Shown here piece by piece: positions 12,211 to 24,185 of a stretch of DNA of 64,000 bases (position 1 is the stretch's first letter; each line of letters opens with the position of its first letter). The DNA is taken from assembly GCF_044704955.1 (NCBI RefSeq), contig NC_091999.1, positions 31,868,001-31,932,000 on the forward strand. Direction: 5' to 3'. This DNA comes from Pristiophorus japonicus. Its lineage: Eukaryota. The translations under genes and the position numbers were made by a program. Under the pieces are notes generated by a model. It was given only the letters and a program-made list of their open reading frames with translations. It was not told where the DNA came from and did no database searches.

Positions 12211-12498
12211 ATCTCTTTACTTTATCACTGATTTCCTCCCATGCTGATCAGTGATACCTGATTTTCATCTGTTGAATCAACAATTTTCTGTTACTCTGTG
12301 ACACTCTGAGCCGATCATGAAATAAAATTGTAAAATGTATCTGTGCATCTCAGTCTCTGCCTTTCTGTCTTTAGAGAGCTGTGCATGTGTCTGTGTGCTT
12401 GAGTCTGAGTCTGCCTCTCTCTGATTCACTCTGTTTGTGCCTGTTTCTCTGTTTGTCCCTGTCTCTAACCTGATGAGTATTTTCATCATTTTCTGTTT

Positions 12499-14460
12499 TA
12501 GAAACATTGAAACATGGAAAATAGCTGCAGGAGTAGGCCATTAGGCCCTTCGAGCCTGCGCCGTCATTCAATATGTTCATGGCTGATCATTCCTTCAGTT
12601 CCCTTTTCCTGCTTTCTCTCTATACCCCTTCACCCCCTTATCCGTAAGGGCCATATCTAAATCCCTCTTGAATATATCCAATGAACTGGCATCAACATCT
12701 CTCTGCGGCAGGGAATTCCACAGGTCAACAACTCTGTGAGTGAAGAAGTTTCTCCTCATCTCAGTGCTAAATGGCCTACCCCTTATCCTAAGACTATGTC
12801 CCCTGGTTCTGGACTTCCCCAACATCGAGAACATTCTTCCCGCATCTAACCTGTACAGTCCCGTCAGAATCTTGTATATTTCTATGAGATCCCCTCTCAT
12901 CATTCTAAACGCCAGTGAATAAAGGCCCAGTTGATCCAATCTCTCCTCATATGACAGTCCTGCCATCCTTGGAATCAGTCTGTTGACAATATCGGACCGA
13001 GTCAGCATGGATTTATGAAAGGGAAATCATGCTTGATGAATCTTCTGGAATTTTTTGAGGATGTAACGAGTAGAGTGGACAAGGGAGAACCAGTGGATGT
13101 GGTGTATTTGGACTTTCAATAGGCTTTTGACAAGGTCCCGCACAAGAGATTGGTGCACAAAGTCCAAGCGCATGGTATTGGGATTAATGTACTGACGTGA
13201 ATAGAGAACTGTTTGGCAACTGGTTTGCTGCACTCCCTCAATGGCAAGAACGTCCTTCCTCAGAATAGGAGAGCAAAACTGAACACAATAAAGCAGGTCT
13301 GGCCTCACTAAGGTCTTGTACAACTGCAGTAAGGTCTCCCTGCTCCTATATTCAAATCCCCTAGCTTGAAGTCCAGCATACCATTTGCCTTCTTTACCGC
13401 CTGCTGTACCTGCGTGCCCACTTTCAGTGACTGATGAACCATGACACCCAGGTCTCGTTGCACCTCCCCTTTTTCTAGTCTGCCTCCATTCAGATAATAT
13501 TCTGCCTTCGTGTTTTTGCCCCCAAAATGCATAACCTCACATTTATCCACATTATACTGCATCTGCCATATATTTGCCCACTCACCTAATCTGTCCAAGT
13601 CACCCTGCAGCCTCTTAGCATCCTCCTCACAGCTCGCACCGCAGCCCAGTTTAGTGTCATCTGCAAACTTGGAGATATTACACTCTATTCCTTCAACCAA
13701 ATCGTTAATGTATATTGTAAAGAGTTGGGGTCCCACCACTGAGCCCTGCGGCACCCCACTAGTAACTGCCTGCCATTCTGAAAAGGACCTGTTTATCCAG
13801 ATTCTCTGCTTCCTGTCTGCCAACCAGTTCTCTATCACATCAGTACATTAATCCCAATACCATGCGCTTGGATTTTGTGCACCAATCTCTTGTGCGGGAC
13901 CTTGTCAAAAGCCTACTGAAAGTCCAAATACACCACATCCACTGGTTCTCCCTTGTCCACTCTACTCGTTACATCTTCAAAAAATTCCAGAAGATTCGTC
14001 AAGCATGATTTCCCTTTCATAGATCTATGCTGAATCGGTCCGATCCTGTCACTGCTTTCCAAATGGGCTGCTATTTCATCCTTAATGATTGATTGCAACA
14101 TTTCCCTCACGACTGATGTCAGGCTAACCGGTATAGACTTACCCGCTTTCTCTCTCCCTCCTTTTTTAAAAAGTGCCGTCACATTAGCTACCCTCCAGTC
14201 CATAGGAACTGATCCAGAGTTGATAGATTGTTGGAAAATGATCACCAATGCATCCACTATTTCCAGGGCCACTTGCTTAAGTACTCTGGGCTGCAGACTA
14301 TCAAGACCCAGGGATTTATCGGGTTTTAATCCCATCAATTTCCCGAACACAATTTCCCACCAATAAGGATATATTTCAGTTCCTCATTCTCACGAGACTC
14401 ACAGTCCCCTAGTAGAATTGGAAGGTTTTTTGTATCTTCCTTTGTAAAGACAGAACCGAA
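12499..14460 (-). mobile_element. 5'-truncated CR1 LINE (RT region) with an internal inverted segment
   Basis: Minus-strand ORFs carry GVPQGSVVGP, FADD and DVVYLDFQ; tail (TAGAAACA)n at 12499; a plus-orientation RT piece lies at about 12985-13220. Confidence 0.93.
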
Positions 14461-15230
14461 TTATTGTCTCTATCTCTCTCTATATCTGTCTTTCTCTCTA
14501 TCTGTCTTCCTCTTTGTCTCTCTCTTTGTCCCTGTCTTTGTCTCTGTCATTCCATTACTATTTGCCTCCCTCTCTTTATGGATCACACAAACACATATCT
14601 GTGTATGTATGTGTTTGAGTCTTTCTGTCATTCACTCTGACCCTCCCTCTCAGTCTCACTCTTTCTGTCTCTCTTTGTCTCTATCTCGCTGTCTGTCTCT
14701 CCCTGTTTCACTGTCTCTCAACTTATCTGTCTCTTTCTCACGATGTCCAGTTCTGTTCCAATGGGATTCTCTCAGTCCCACTGTCTGACTGTCTTTCTCA
14801 TTCCCATCATCTCTGTCTGTCCATGTCTCTACCTGTCTCTCTCTTTGCCTGTCTCTGTTAGTTCCTTTCTCTTACCTGCTGAGTATTTCCATCATTTTCT
14901 GTTTATATCTCTGTCTATCTCTCTATCTGTCGCTCACTCTTTCTCTGTCTCTCTCTTTGTCACTGTCTTTCTCTCACTCTTTCCCTCTCTCTCTTGAAAG
15001 AGCACACACACACACATCTCTGTATATGTGTTTGTTTGAGTCTTTTTCTTACTCAGTCTGCCTCTCCTTCTCAGTTTCATACTTTCTGTCTCACGTTGTC
15101 TCTATCTCGCTGTCTGTCTCTCCCTGTTTGTCGGTTTGTCTCTGTCTCTCAATGTGCCTGTCGACTTCTCATGGTGTCCAGTTCTGTTCACAGCTCGATT
15201 CCTGCTCAGACAAAACAAATACCCGTCAGT

Positions 15231-15302
15231 TCCTCGTTAGTATAGTAGTTGGTATCCCTTCCTGTCACGCATGAGGTCGAGGTTCAATTCCCCGACGAGG
15301 GT
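15231..15302 (+). pseudogene. tRNA-Asp(GTC), degenerate
   Basis: TCCTCGTTAGTATAGTAGTTGGTATCCCTTCCTGTCACGCATGAGGTCGAGGTTCAATTCCCCGACGAGG; anticodon stem disrupted. Confidence 0.85.
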
Positions 15303-15384
15303 GGAGCTTTTTCAAAATGTTGAATATGACTTCGATATGTCCTGGAACTTTATAAAAAGACTTGCGGAAAGAAATACAGATATC

Positions 15385-15630
15385 GGCTTTGGTTCAGTGG
15401 CAGCATTCTCGACTAAATCAGGAGGCTGTGTGTGTAAGTCCGACTCCTGAGACTTGAGCATATAATCTTGGCTGACACTCAAATGCAGCACTTGGGGAAT
15501 TTTGCATTGTTGAAGCTGTTGACTTTCGGATGAAATGTTAAATTGATGCTCCGTCTGCACCCTCGGGTGGATGTGAAAGTTTCCAGAGCATTACTCGAAA
15601 AAGAATAGGAGAGTTGCCCCTGTGTCAATA
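15385..15630 (+). mobile_element. Deu-domain SINE copy in array unit
   Basis: Homologous to 4812-5060; the Ser gene that precedes it in other units is deleted here. Confidence 0.75.
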
Positions 15631-15729
15631 TTACGATAAATATTTGAAAATGCTCATTGAAAACCTCTGTCTGTGAGAGTGGAGCTGCAGCCCATATTCT
15701 CACAGAGACAAAATCCGAATACTGACAAA

Positions 15730-15812
15730 ACCAGGATGGCCGAGTGGGTTAGGCGTTGGACATAAAATCCAATGGAAGTATAGCTGCGTGGGTTCGAACC
15801 CCACTCCTGGTA
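15730..15812 (+). tRNA. tRNA-Leu(TAA), near-intact stems but altered anticodon loop (probable pseudogene)
   Basis: ACCAGGATGGCCGAGTGGGTTAGGCGTTGGACATAAAATCCAATGG...GGGTTCGAACCCCACTCCTGGTA; loop reads CATAAAA instead of CTTAAGA. Confidence 0.8.
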
Positions 15813-16011
15813 AATCTTTAAATTCAAACCGATTTCCTCCCAACCTGCTCAGTTATACCTGAATATATTCTATTGAATCTGTACATGTCGATAACTTTAT
15901 TACATTCTCAACTGACAAAGAAATGGGATTATGCAATGTTTCTGTGCCTCTCACTCTCTGTCTTCAGGGAGCTCTTTCTGTGTTTGTGTTTGAGTCTGAC
16001 TCACTCTGCCT

Positions 16012-19000
16012 GAGGAATTACAAGCTGAATATAGGGAGCTGGGAGCAAAATTAACAAATAGGACCTCAAAGGTAGCAATTTCAGGATAGCTACCACTGCC
16101 AACTGCCAGTTAGAGTAGGAATCGCAGGATAGCTCAGATGAATGTGTGGTGCAGAAGGGAGGGCTTCAATTTCCTGGGACATTGGAACCGGTTCTGGGGG
16201 AGCTGGGACCAGTGCAAACCGGACGCTTTGTACCTGTGCAGAACCAATGTCCACAGGGGAGAGTTTGCTCGTGTTGTTGGGGAGGGGTTAAATTAATATG
16301 GCAGTGGGATGGGAAACTATGCAGTGAGACAGAGGGAAGTAAAATGGGGGCTGAAAAGTAAAGGTGGAGGGCAGAGAAACCCAAGGCAAAAATCAAAAAG
16401 GGCCACATTGCAGCCAAATTCTAAAGGGACAAGGTGTGTTAAGGTAACAAGCCTGAAGGTACTGTGCCTCAATGCAAGGAGTATTCGTAATAAGGTGGAC
16501 AAATTAACTGCACAGGCAGCAATTAATGAATATGATGTAATTGGCATCACGGAGAAATGGCTCCTGGGTGACGAAGTCTAGGAACGCAACATCCAGGGAG
16601 ATTCACCATTCAGGAAGGATAGACAGAAAGGAAAAGGAGGTGGGGTGGCATTGCTGGTTGAAGAGGAAATTAACGCAATAGTAAGGAAGGACATTCGCGT
16701 GGATACTGTGTGGGTGGAGCTGCGGAATATCAAAGGGAAGAAAACGCTAGTGGGAGTTGTGTATCACCAAACAATCGTAGTGAGTTTGGGGACAGCATCA
16801 AACAAGAAAGTCGGGATGTGTGCAACATAGGTACAGAAGTTATCATGGGAGACTTTAATCTACATATAGATTGGGCGAACCAAACTGGTAGCAATACGGT
16901 GGAGGAGGATTTGCTGGAGTGGATTCGGGATGGTTTACTTGACCAATATGTCGAGGAACCATCTAGAGGGCTGGCCATCCTAGACTGGTTGATGTGTAAT
17001 GAGAAAGGAATAATTAGCACTCTTGTTGCGCGAGGCCCCTTGGGAAAGAGTAACCACAATAAGGTTGAATTCTTTATTAAGGTGGAGAGTGAAACAATTA
17101 ATTCTGAGACTGGGGTCCTGAACGTAAGGAAAGGTAACTTCGAAGGTATGAGACATGACTTGGCTAGAATAGACTGGGAAATAATACTTAAAGGGTTGAC
17201 GGCAGATAGGCAATGGAAAACATTTAAATATCACATGGATGAACTTCAACAATTGGACATCCCTGTCTGGAGTAAAAAATAAAATGGGAAAGGTGGCTCA
17301 ACCGTGACTAACAAGGGAAAGTAAGAATAGCGTTAAATCCAAGGAAGAGGCTTATAAACTGGTCAGAAAAAGCATCAACCCGAGGACGGGGAGAAATTTA
17401 GAATTCAGCAGAGGAGGACAAAGGGTTTAAATCGGAAGGGGAAAATAGAGTATGAGAGGAAGCTTGCTGGGAACATAAAAACTTCTATAGATATGTGAAG
17501 AGAAAAAGATTAGTGAAGGGAAACGTAGGTCCCTTGCAGTCAGATTCAGGTGAACTTATAATGGGGAACAAAGAAATGGTAGACCAGTTGAACAAATACT
17601 TTGGCTCTGCATTCATGAAGGAAGACACGCATAACCTTCTGGAAATAGTACGTGACCGAGGGGCTAGTGAGAAGAAGGAACTGAAGGAAATCCTTATTTG
17701 TCGGAAATTCTGTTCGGAAAATGGATGGGACTAAAGGCCGATAAATCCCCGGGGCCTGATGGTCTGCATCCCAGAATACTTAAGGAAGTGGCCCTAGAAA
17801 TAATGGATGCATTGGTTATCATTTGCTAACAGTCCATCGACTCTGGATCAGTTCGTATGGACTGGAGGGAAGCGAATGTAACACCACATTTTGAAAAATG
17901 AGGGAGAGAGAAACCAGGTAATTACAGACCAGTTAGCCTGACATCAGTGGTGGGGAAAATATTGGAATCAATTATTAAAGATGAAATAGCAGCACATTTG
18001 GAAAGCAATAACAGGATTGGTCCAAATCAGCATGGATTTATGAAAGTGAAATCATGCTTGATGAATCTTTGAGAATTTTGTGAGGATGTAACTAGTAGAG
18101 CGGACAAGGGAGAACCAATGGATGTGGTGTAGTGGGACTTTCAAAAGACTTTTGACAAGGTCCCACACAAGAGGTTGGTGTGCAAAATTAAAGCACATGG
18201 CATTGGAGGTAATGTATTGATGTGGATAGAGAACTGGTTGACAGAGTCGGGATAAACGGGTCCTTTTCACAATGGCAGGCAGTGACTAGTTGGGTGCCGC
18301 AGGGCTCAATGCTGGGACCCCAGCAATTTACAATATACATCAATGACTTAGATGAAGGAATTGTGTATAATATCTCTAATTTTGCAGATGACATTATGCT
18401 GGATGGCGGTGTGAAATGTGAGGAGGATGCTAAGAGGCTGCAGGGTGACCTGGATAGGTCAGGTGAGTGGGCAATTGCGTGGCAGATGTCGTGTAATAAC
18501 GATAAATGTGAGGTTATGCACTTTGGTGGCAAAAACACGAAGGCAGAATATTATCTGAATGGCGGCAGATTAGCCAAAGGGGAAGTGCAACGAGATCCGG
18601 GTGTCATGGTACATCAGTCATTGAAGGTTGGCATGCAGGTGCAGCAGACCGAAAGAAGGCAAATAGCATGTTGGCCCCATATCTTGGGGATTTGAATATA
18701 GCAGCAGGGCGGTCTTGCTGCAGCTGTACAGGGCTTTGGTGAGGCCTCACCTGCAATACTGTGTTTAGTTTTGTTCTAATCTGAGGAAGGACGTTCTTGC
18801 TATTGAGGGAGTGCAGCGAAGGTTCACCAGACTGATTTCCGGGATGGGAGGACAGATGAGGAGAGAGAGGATCGACTGGGCCTGTATTCACTGGAGTTTA
18901 GAAGAATGAGAGGGGACCTCAGAAACATTCTGACGGGACTGGGCAGGTTAGATGCACGAAGAATGTTCCCGATGTTGGGGAAGTCCAGAACCAGTGGTCA

Positions 19001-19300
19001 CAGTTTGAGGACAAGGGATAAGCCATTTAGGACCGAGATGAGGAGAAACTTCTTCACTCAGAGAGTTGTTAACCTGTCGAATTCTCTTCCGCAGAATGTT
19101 GTTGATGCCAGTTCATCAGATATATTCAAGAGGGAGTTGGATTTAGCCCTTAAGGTAAAGGGATCAAGAGGTGTGGAACGAAAGCAGGAAAGGGGTACTG
19201 AGGTGAATGATCACCCATGATCTTATTGAATGTTGGTGCAGGCTCGAAGGGGCGAATGGCCTATTCCTGCAACCTTTTTCTATGTTTTTATGTTTCTGTG
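16012..19300 (+). mobile_element. CR1 LINE: ORF1 3' end, endonuclease and RT, frameshifted
   Basis: LNARSIRNK, IGITE.WL, MGDFN (APE endonuclease); VPQGSMLGP, FADD (RT); (TTTCTATG)n tail at about 19275-19300. Confidence 0.94.
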
Positions 19301-19329
19301 TTTCAGGGTGCATGCAACTAATAGCCCAG

Positions 19330-19990
19330 TGTGTTGTGCCATTTCTTTCAACTGGGTACTATTTATTGAACTTGTAACTCGCCCGGTTTGTATCTGATCC
19401 ATATTGTGTCTCACCTGACCAATCATCCATCTCCCAGAGGCATGACATGTGTCTCTTTTCCTGTCCTCGGCATCGTCCTCTCAATTCCTGCTTATTTTGC
19501 TCGTTAATTGTTCGTGCATGGCCTTCCAATACGGATACACCCTCTAGCATTTTTTTGGATGTTTTAGATCCTAACTGTGAAGATTGTATCTCAATCCTGG
19601 TCTGTTTCCTGATTAGTAACTCCGTTGTTCCCCTCAAACTATCTACACCTGCCTGGATCGCCTGTATATCTGGTGCATCTACTAGAGATGTCCCTGTAAA
19701 GTTAATACGTCATTCGCTGTAAATCTCCTCTGTCTTCCTTCTTTGTGTCTCAGCTTCTTGTGTTACTCCCTTGCTCCTGATGTGTCACTAGCTATTCTCA
19801 GCATTGTGTCTAGCAATCCTATTTACAACGCTTTAGTCTTGTGGCTATTTTTTTCTGGCAGGTATAGGGCTGATTAATTTATGCTCACAGGTCACATTTC
19901 ATGCTGGACATTGTCAAATAACAACATTACTTCTGTTCCAGGTTTAATTACCACGCAATTTCCCAAGGTTAATTCCCCTGGTTTACAATA
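19330..19990 (-). pseudogene. env: ERV-A env fragment
   Basis: Hand translation across frameshifts: KPGTEVMLLFDNVQHE...KKLRHKEGRQRR|FTAND (furin-type site) ... CHASGRWMIGQVRHNMDQIQTGR, matching ERV-B CIGYGVWLLNGIQHNIEQLQNRK. Confidence 0.78.
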
Positions 19991-20279
19991 TTCAGGTAAC
20001 ATTTTTTACACACTTATCTTATGGCTTCAAGACAAACGCTCCTGACACTTAGATGCCGCCCCCTAGAGGCTGCTTTACGTAGTTGTTGTACCCTCCGCTG
20101 TGGTTGAATGTTTCCTGGCCCCCTCGGGGCGGCCTTGTAGCTTGTCCTTGTAGAATCGGAAGGACGGTGATGATCACATTTATATTCTGTTGATAAACCA
20201 CATCTTGGATAATCCAGGTTTTAGTTAGACTCTTACCATTTCCATTTCAACCGGATTTTCCTTTCACTAGCCACTGTAT

Positions 20280-20500
20280 TGGTTCTGCAATTGCTGTGGT
20301 TAGGTACAAAATTCCTGCAATAGCTAAAGAACCCCAGTACCTTACGAACCCCTCAGGCTGGTTTTGGTCGTGGCATAATCCTAATGTCCTCCTTCCTGAC
20401 ATTGGACATGGTCCGAGTTCCTTGAGATATTTCGTGTCCCAGGTACTGTACCACAGGTTGTCCTATTTGTGCCTGTTTGGGATTTACTTTAAATCATGCT
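20280..20500 (-). pseudogene. pol: ERV-A pol (RT palm/thumb) fragment
   Basis: FKVNPKQAQIGQPVVQYLGHEISQG...RKVLGFFSYCRNFVP. Confidence 0.85.
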
Positions 20501-22737
20501 TTCCGTTATCTCAAATGTCTTTTTCATAACTAGAACATAGTCTAGCACGTAGGCTTTGATAGCTGCTTTCCGTTATCTCAAATGTTCCAGTTTCAAAGCC
20601 TTTACGTCTCAGTTTCTATGGTTCTTCAAACACTGTATCTTAAGTCACAAGTTCAACTTATATTTTCTTTTGTTCTAAACTGCTAAAGCCTGCCGTTTTA
20701 ACATTTAATTGTTTTCAAAATTCCTTTTACACTTTCGCAGATAGCTCCCCACTTGCCCAGGAGTTTGACCTGATCCCTGAATTTCTACATTGTTTCCAAA
20801 CATTATAGTTTTATTTCTTTTTTTTAAGAGATCAGATTTAAATTTTTATGTTAAATGTATTTCATTTTGTTGTGTATTTTCTTAAACAGTGGTACTTGAA
20901 ATCTTCACAACAAGATTAACTCTTCACTGCTCCCATCCTAATTTCTGCTCCCCTTTTGCAGTATTTGTATTCATTGTTGGATTATGAAATGTCAAATATG
21001 GTAATACTGTTTTTTAATCGGACTTATCATTTATGCTTATAGTGATTCACAGATCACAGAATGCAAAGTACTTGTTTTATAATTATGTGCCTGACTTCTG
21101 TTTTAGAAGCTGAACATCAAAAACTCTAATCTTTTGCACTGTAACTTCAATTTTGTGATACAGAATCTCATAAATTTAATCTTTTTAAGCTTCAGCTTCT
21201 GACGCAATATGTTTACTTTTATGAAAAGTCTTCCAAACCCAAGATTTTCCAATACAACCAAAATGTTTATCAAGGAGAATCACCAGAAATATCTCAAAAT
21301 CCCAATTCAAATATTGTACTGCCAATCTTTTATTTAAAAATCTTTTTACTGAGCTCGAAGCTTTCACATCAAGATTTTACATAAAGAAATATGGGGGCGT
21401 ACTTCCCAAGCCCGCAGCCTTGAGACACCCACGCAGGATTCTTTTTTTAAGGCATTACAATTTCCCTTCTCCATTCTTTATCTCATTCCTAGACTAAATG
21501 TATTGTCTTTCAAACAAATGTAATCAATGATTACATGTTTTCTTTTGACAAGTGAGCGTGTCAAAACATTTTTTTTAAAACCATCGGGACCACACATTTT
21601 TTATCTTTTGCTCAACAAACCTATCCTTTGTGCATTTCCTAGCTCCATAACATATCATCTGAATAAATCCACACCTGGGTTTCTAAATTAAAATGTAATT
21701 CAATTCTAGGTTCACACTTTCTTAAAACTTCCCTCATACAGGACAACACTGCAAAGGGTTAAAACAAATTCACTCTGTCTGAAAAAGTGGGTGGGGCCAT
21801 AACAACAGACAGCTCGACCACTTCTGAAGCAGGCTTTAACACACCTGAAAAATTCATTAATTCCCACCTCAAATATTCCGAAGTTAAAAATCACACAAGC
21901 ACTTTCATTCAAAGACAGACATTCACAAAAATCTCTCTTCATTCAACAAAGCTTATTGTTTGGCCGGCTCTATTTTTGTATCCATACTTCACTTAAGAAA
22001 GTCACTAACAGTTTTTGTTATGGACTTCCGAAAAATATCTACTAAGCGAGCCTTCTGGCCCCCAATCAATCCTTCATTTTCATCAGGTCCTAATCATAAC
22101 CCTGTTAGTGGGGGATACAAATTTTGGCCAAATTCCTCTGTCCATTCCCTTCTGTCATCTATATCTATTTTTATACTTACATAATGTTGTCTTTTGTCAC
22201 TTTCTCTGTCCATCTCACCTTCGGGTATCTTTCTATTCATCTTTCCGTCTGTTAAAATTATCTTTTTCCCTTCATCATATCCTGCCTTAACCATCTTCAT
22301 GACCTTTTCAGATTTATCTCTCAGAAACTTTTCTGGTAGTTTATACATCAGCCCTCCAAGGGCCTTGGCAGATTCCTTTGCCATTTCATACATTGGGGCT
22401 TTTTCCCCAGTTCCTGTTTTACCATCTTTACTTAAGCAGAACTTTTTAAACCAAGGCTTTTTACCTAGTGCTGTTTTTCCGCCTGTACTTATGCGTAACG
22501 ATTTACACTGAGGCTTTTTCCCCGATATCTCGTATACGTACTTATTGTCCCAACACTTACAGTACTTATTTACATTGTCCTGACGCACCCTTCAACTGGA
22601 TTTACTGGCTGCATGGACTCTACCTCAGATTCGTTGGATCTCTGGTTACTTTGCGAGGAGAATTTCTCAAGGTAATTCTCTACTCACTCATTATTCGGTT
22701 GGTTTGGCTTTTTGTGTCAAATCTGCCCGTCCAGTAG

Positions 22738-22755
22738 ATCCTGCTGACTGCGCCA
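22738..22755 (-). promoter_or_regulatory. Primer-binding site, tRNA-Ser
   Basis: Minus strand TGGCGCAGTCAGCAGGAT is 16/18 complementary to the 3' end + CCA of the Ser gene at 4330 (ATCCTGCCGACTACG-CCA); it lies 3 nt from the LTR end CTCTAACA. Confidence 0.85.
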
Positions 22756-22758
22756 AGT

Positions 22759-23207
22759 TGTTAGAGTTAACTTCAAACCACCACTCGGAGATACAAGCTG
22801 GCAGGTGAGCTACCCTTGAATGAATGCTCAGAGAAACTGCCAGAGACATCTTATTTTATACAGTTTCAGATTATCGTCTTATATAATTACGCAAGTTACA
22901 ATTAATATGTGCTGATTGATTAATACATGATTATCTGGTAGGTTGCTTCCTCCAATCTGGCCTCTATATACTTTAATTAGTAATTCAGGATACGTGTTGT
23001 TATGATTCCTTTTATATAACTTGTATCTTATTATAGAATTCAAATTCTATGTTATCTGTGTCTGTGCCCAGCTCCCAAGGCCTTTGGTCTATGAATTGGA
23101 ACATTTGCCTCTCTGCGGAAGGCATCCCACACATGCTTCCCACATTCTGAAAAACAGGCTGTGGGATCCATTTAAAAAATATGTTAACTCCATTTTAAAA
23201 AATCACA
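22759..23207 (-). repeat. ERV-A 5' LTR (outer boundary approximate)
   Basis: TG...CA ends, adjacent to the PBS; TATAAAA on the minus strand at about 22854-22860. Confidence 0.6.
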
Positions 23208-23234
23208 ATTATTATTATTAATTGTAATTACAAT

Positions 23235-24185
23235 TTGTGATCTGCCCTTTCAGTCTATTATGGGGTATCTTATCGAAGGCCTTTCGAAATCTAGATAAAT
23301 TACATCTACTACATTACGTTAGTTTACGCTATCTGTTACTTATTCGAAAAATTCAAAGAATTTGGTCAATTCAAGACTTTCCCTTTTCTTATCCATGCTG
23401 ACTATTCATTTTTGGTTTCTAGTTGTTCTTCCACTTTCTCCTTTATTAGGGAATCCATTATTTTTCCTCCCAACGATGTTAAGTTGACTGGACGATAGTT
23501 CCTCAGATACGTTCTACCTCCCTTCTTAAAAATAGGTATTACATTAGGTATCTGCCAATCCTCCAGCACTGCACCTTATTCTAACGTAATATTAAATATG
23601 TTTATTAATGCCTCTGCTATCTCTTTTCTAGATGTAATTTGTCCGAAGCCGGCATTTTATCCATTTTCGGTTTGATTAGTTGATATAATATTTTCCTCTT
23701 GTTATTTTAAATGCAGTTATTTCATTTCTAATATCATCCAATGTCATGTCCACCTGTGTTCTCTCCCTGATAAATACTAATTCAAAGTAATTGTTTAATA
23801 TTTCTTCCTATCTCTGCCTGTGGACAACCTTCTGAGCCACGTACCTTGGTATGTATTGTGGATGTCCTCCACGCAATCTTTATCCTTATCGTTGGGCAGG
23901 AGCATTGTCTCATTCTCAGCCTCTTCTCATTTCTCGCTTCACGGCACCCAATAAGCCACGGACTTTACTGAGCCTGCGCTTTTCTGTGGGATTTGACTGT
24001 TTTCTGGATTAAATCACTTCTCCTGTGTGTTTCAGAGTGTGTCGAACTTGCACTCCAGCCCAATTATCCTGAGCCAGAGAGAATAAAGCAGAGACATTTC
24101 CTGCAGATGTAGGAATGTGGGACAGATTTGATGTCCACAAACTCACACACATTACAGTCTCGACTTATTGCCTGCCCTGCCATCT
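23235..24185 (-). mobile_element. Old degraded CR1 remnant (RT piece and ORF1 N-terminus)
   Basis: VDVIYLDF-like coding at about 23280-23310; MAGQ...DCNVCEF...YICRKCL at about 24090-24183, resembling the CR1 ORF1 zinc-finger start. Confidence 0.65.

Larger units (their letters stand above)
3679..15960 (+). repeat. Degenerate tandem tRNA gene array; unit = Leu(TAA) - CT-rich spacer - Asp - Ser(AGA) - SINE, about 6 partial units
   Basis: Same gene order and homologous spacers repeated, e.g. GAAGCCCAGATTCTCACAGAGACA before each Leu and CACAGCTCGATTCCTGCTCTGA before most Asp copies. Confidence 0.93.
19301..23207 (-). mobile_element. ERV-A: internally deleted endogenous retrovirus (5' LTR, PBS-Ser, unknown pre-gag ORF, RT fragment, env fragment)
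   Basis: Components listed below. The env is homologous to the ERV-B env. No gag or 3' LTR is recognisable, and the 3' side abuts the CR1 tail. Confidence 0.8.

Noticed and set aside
5374-15274. Many C/L/S-rich ORFs in the tRNA array
   Set aside because: Products of CT-rich spacers.
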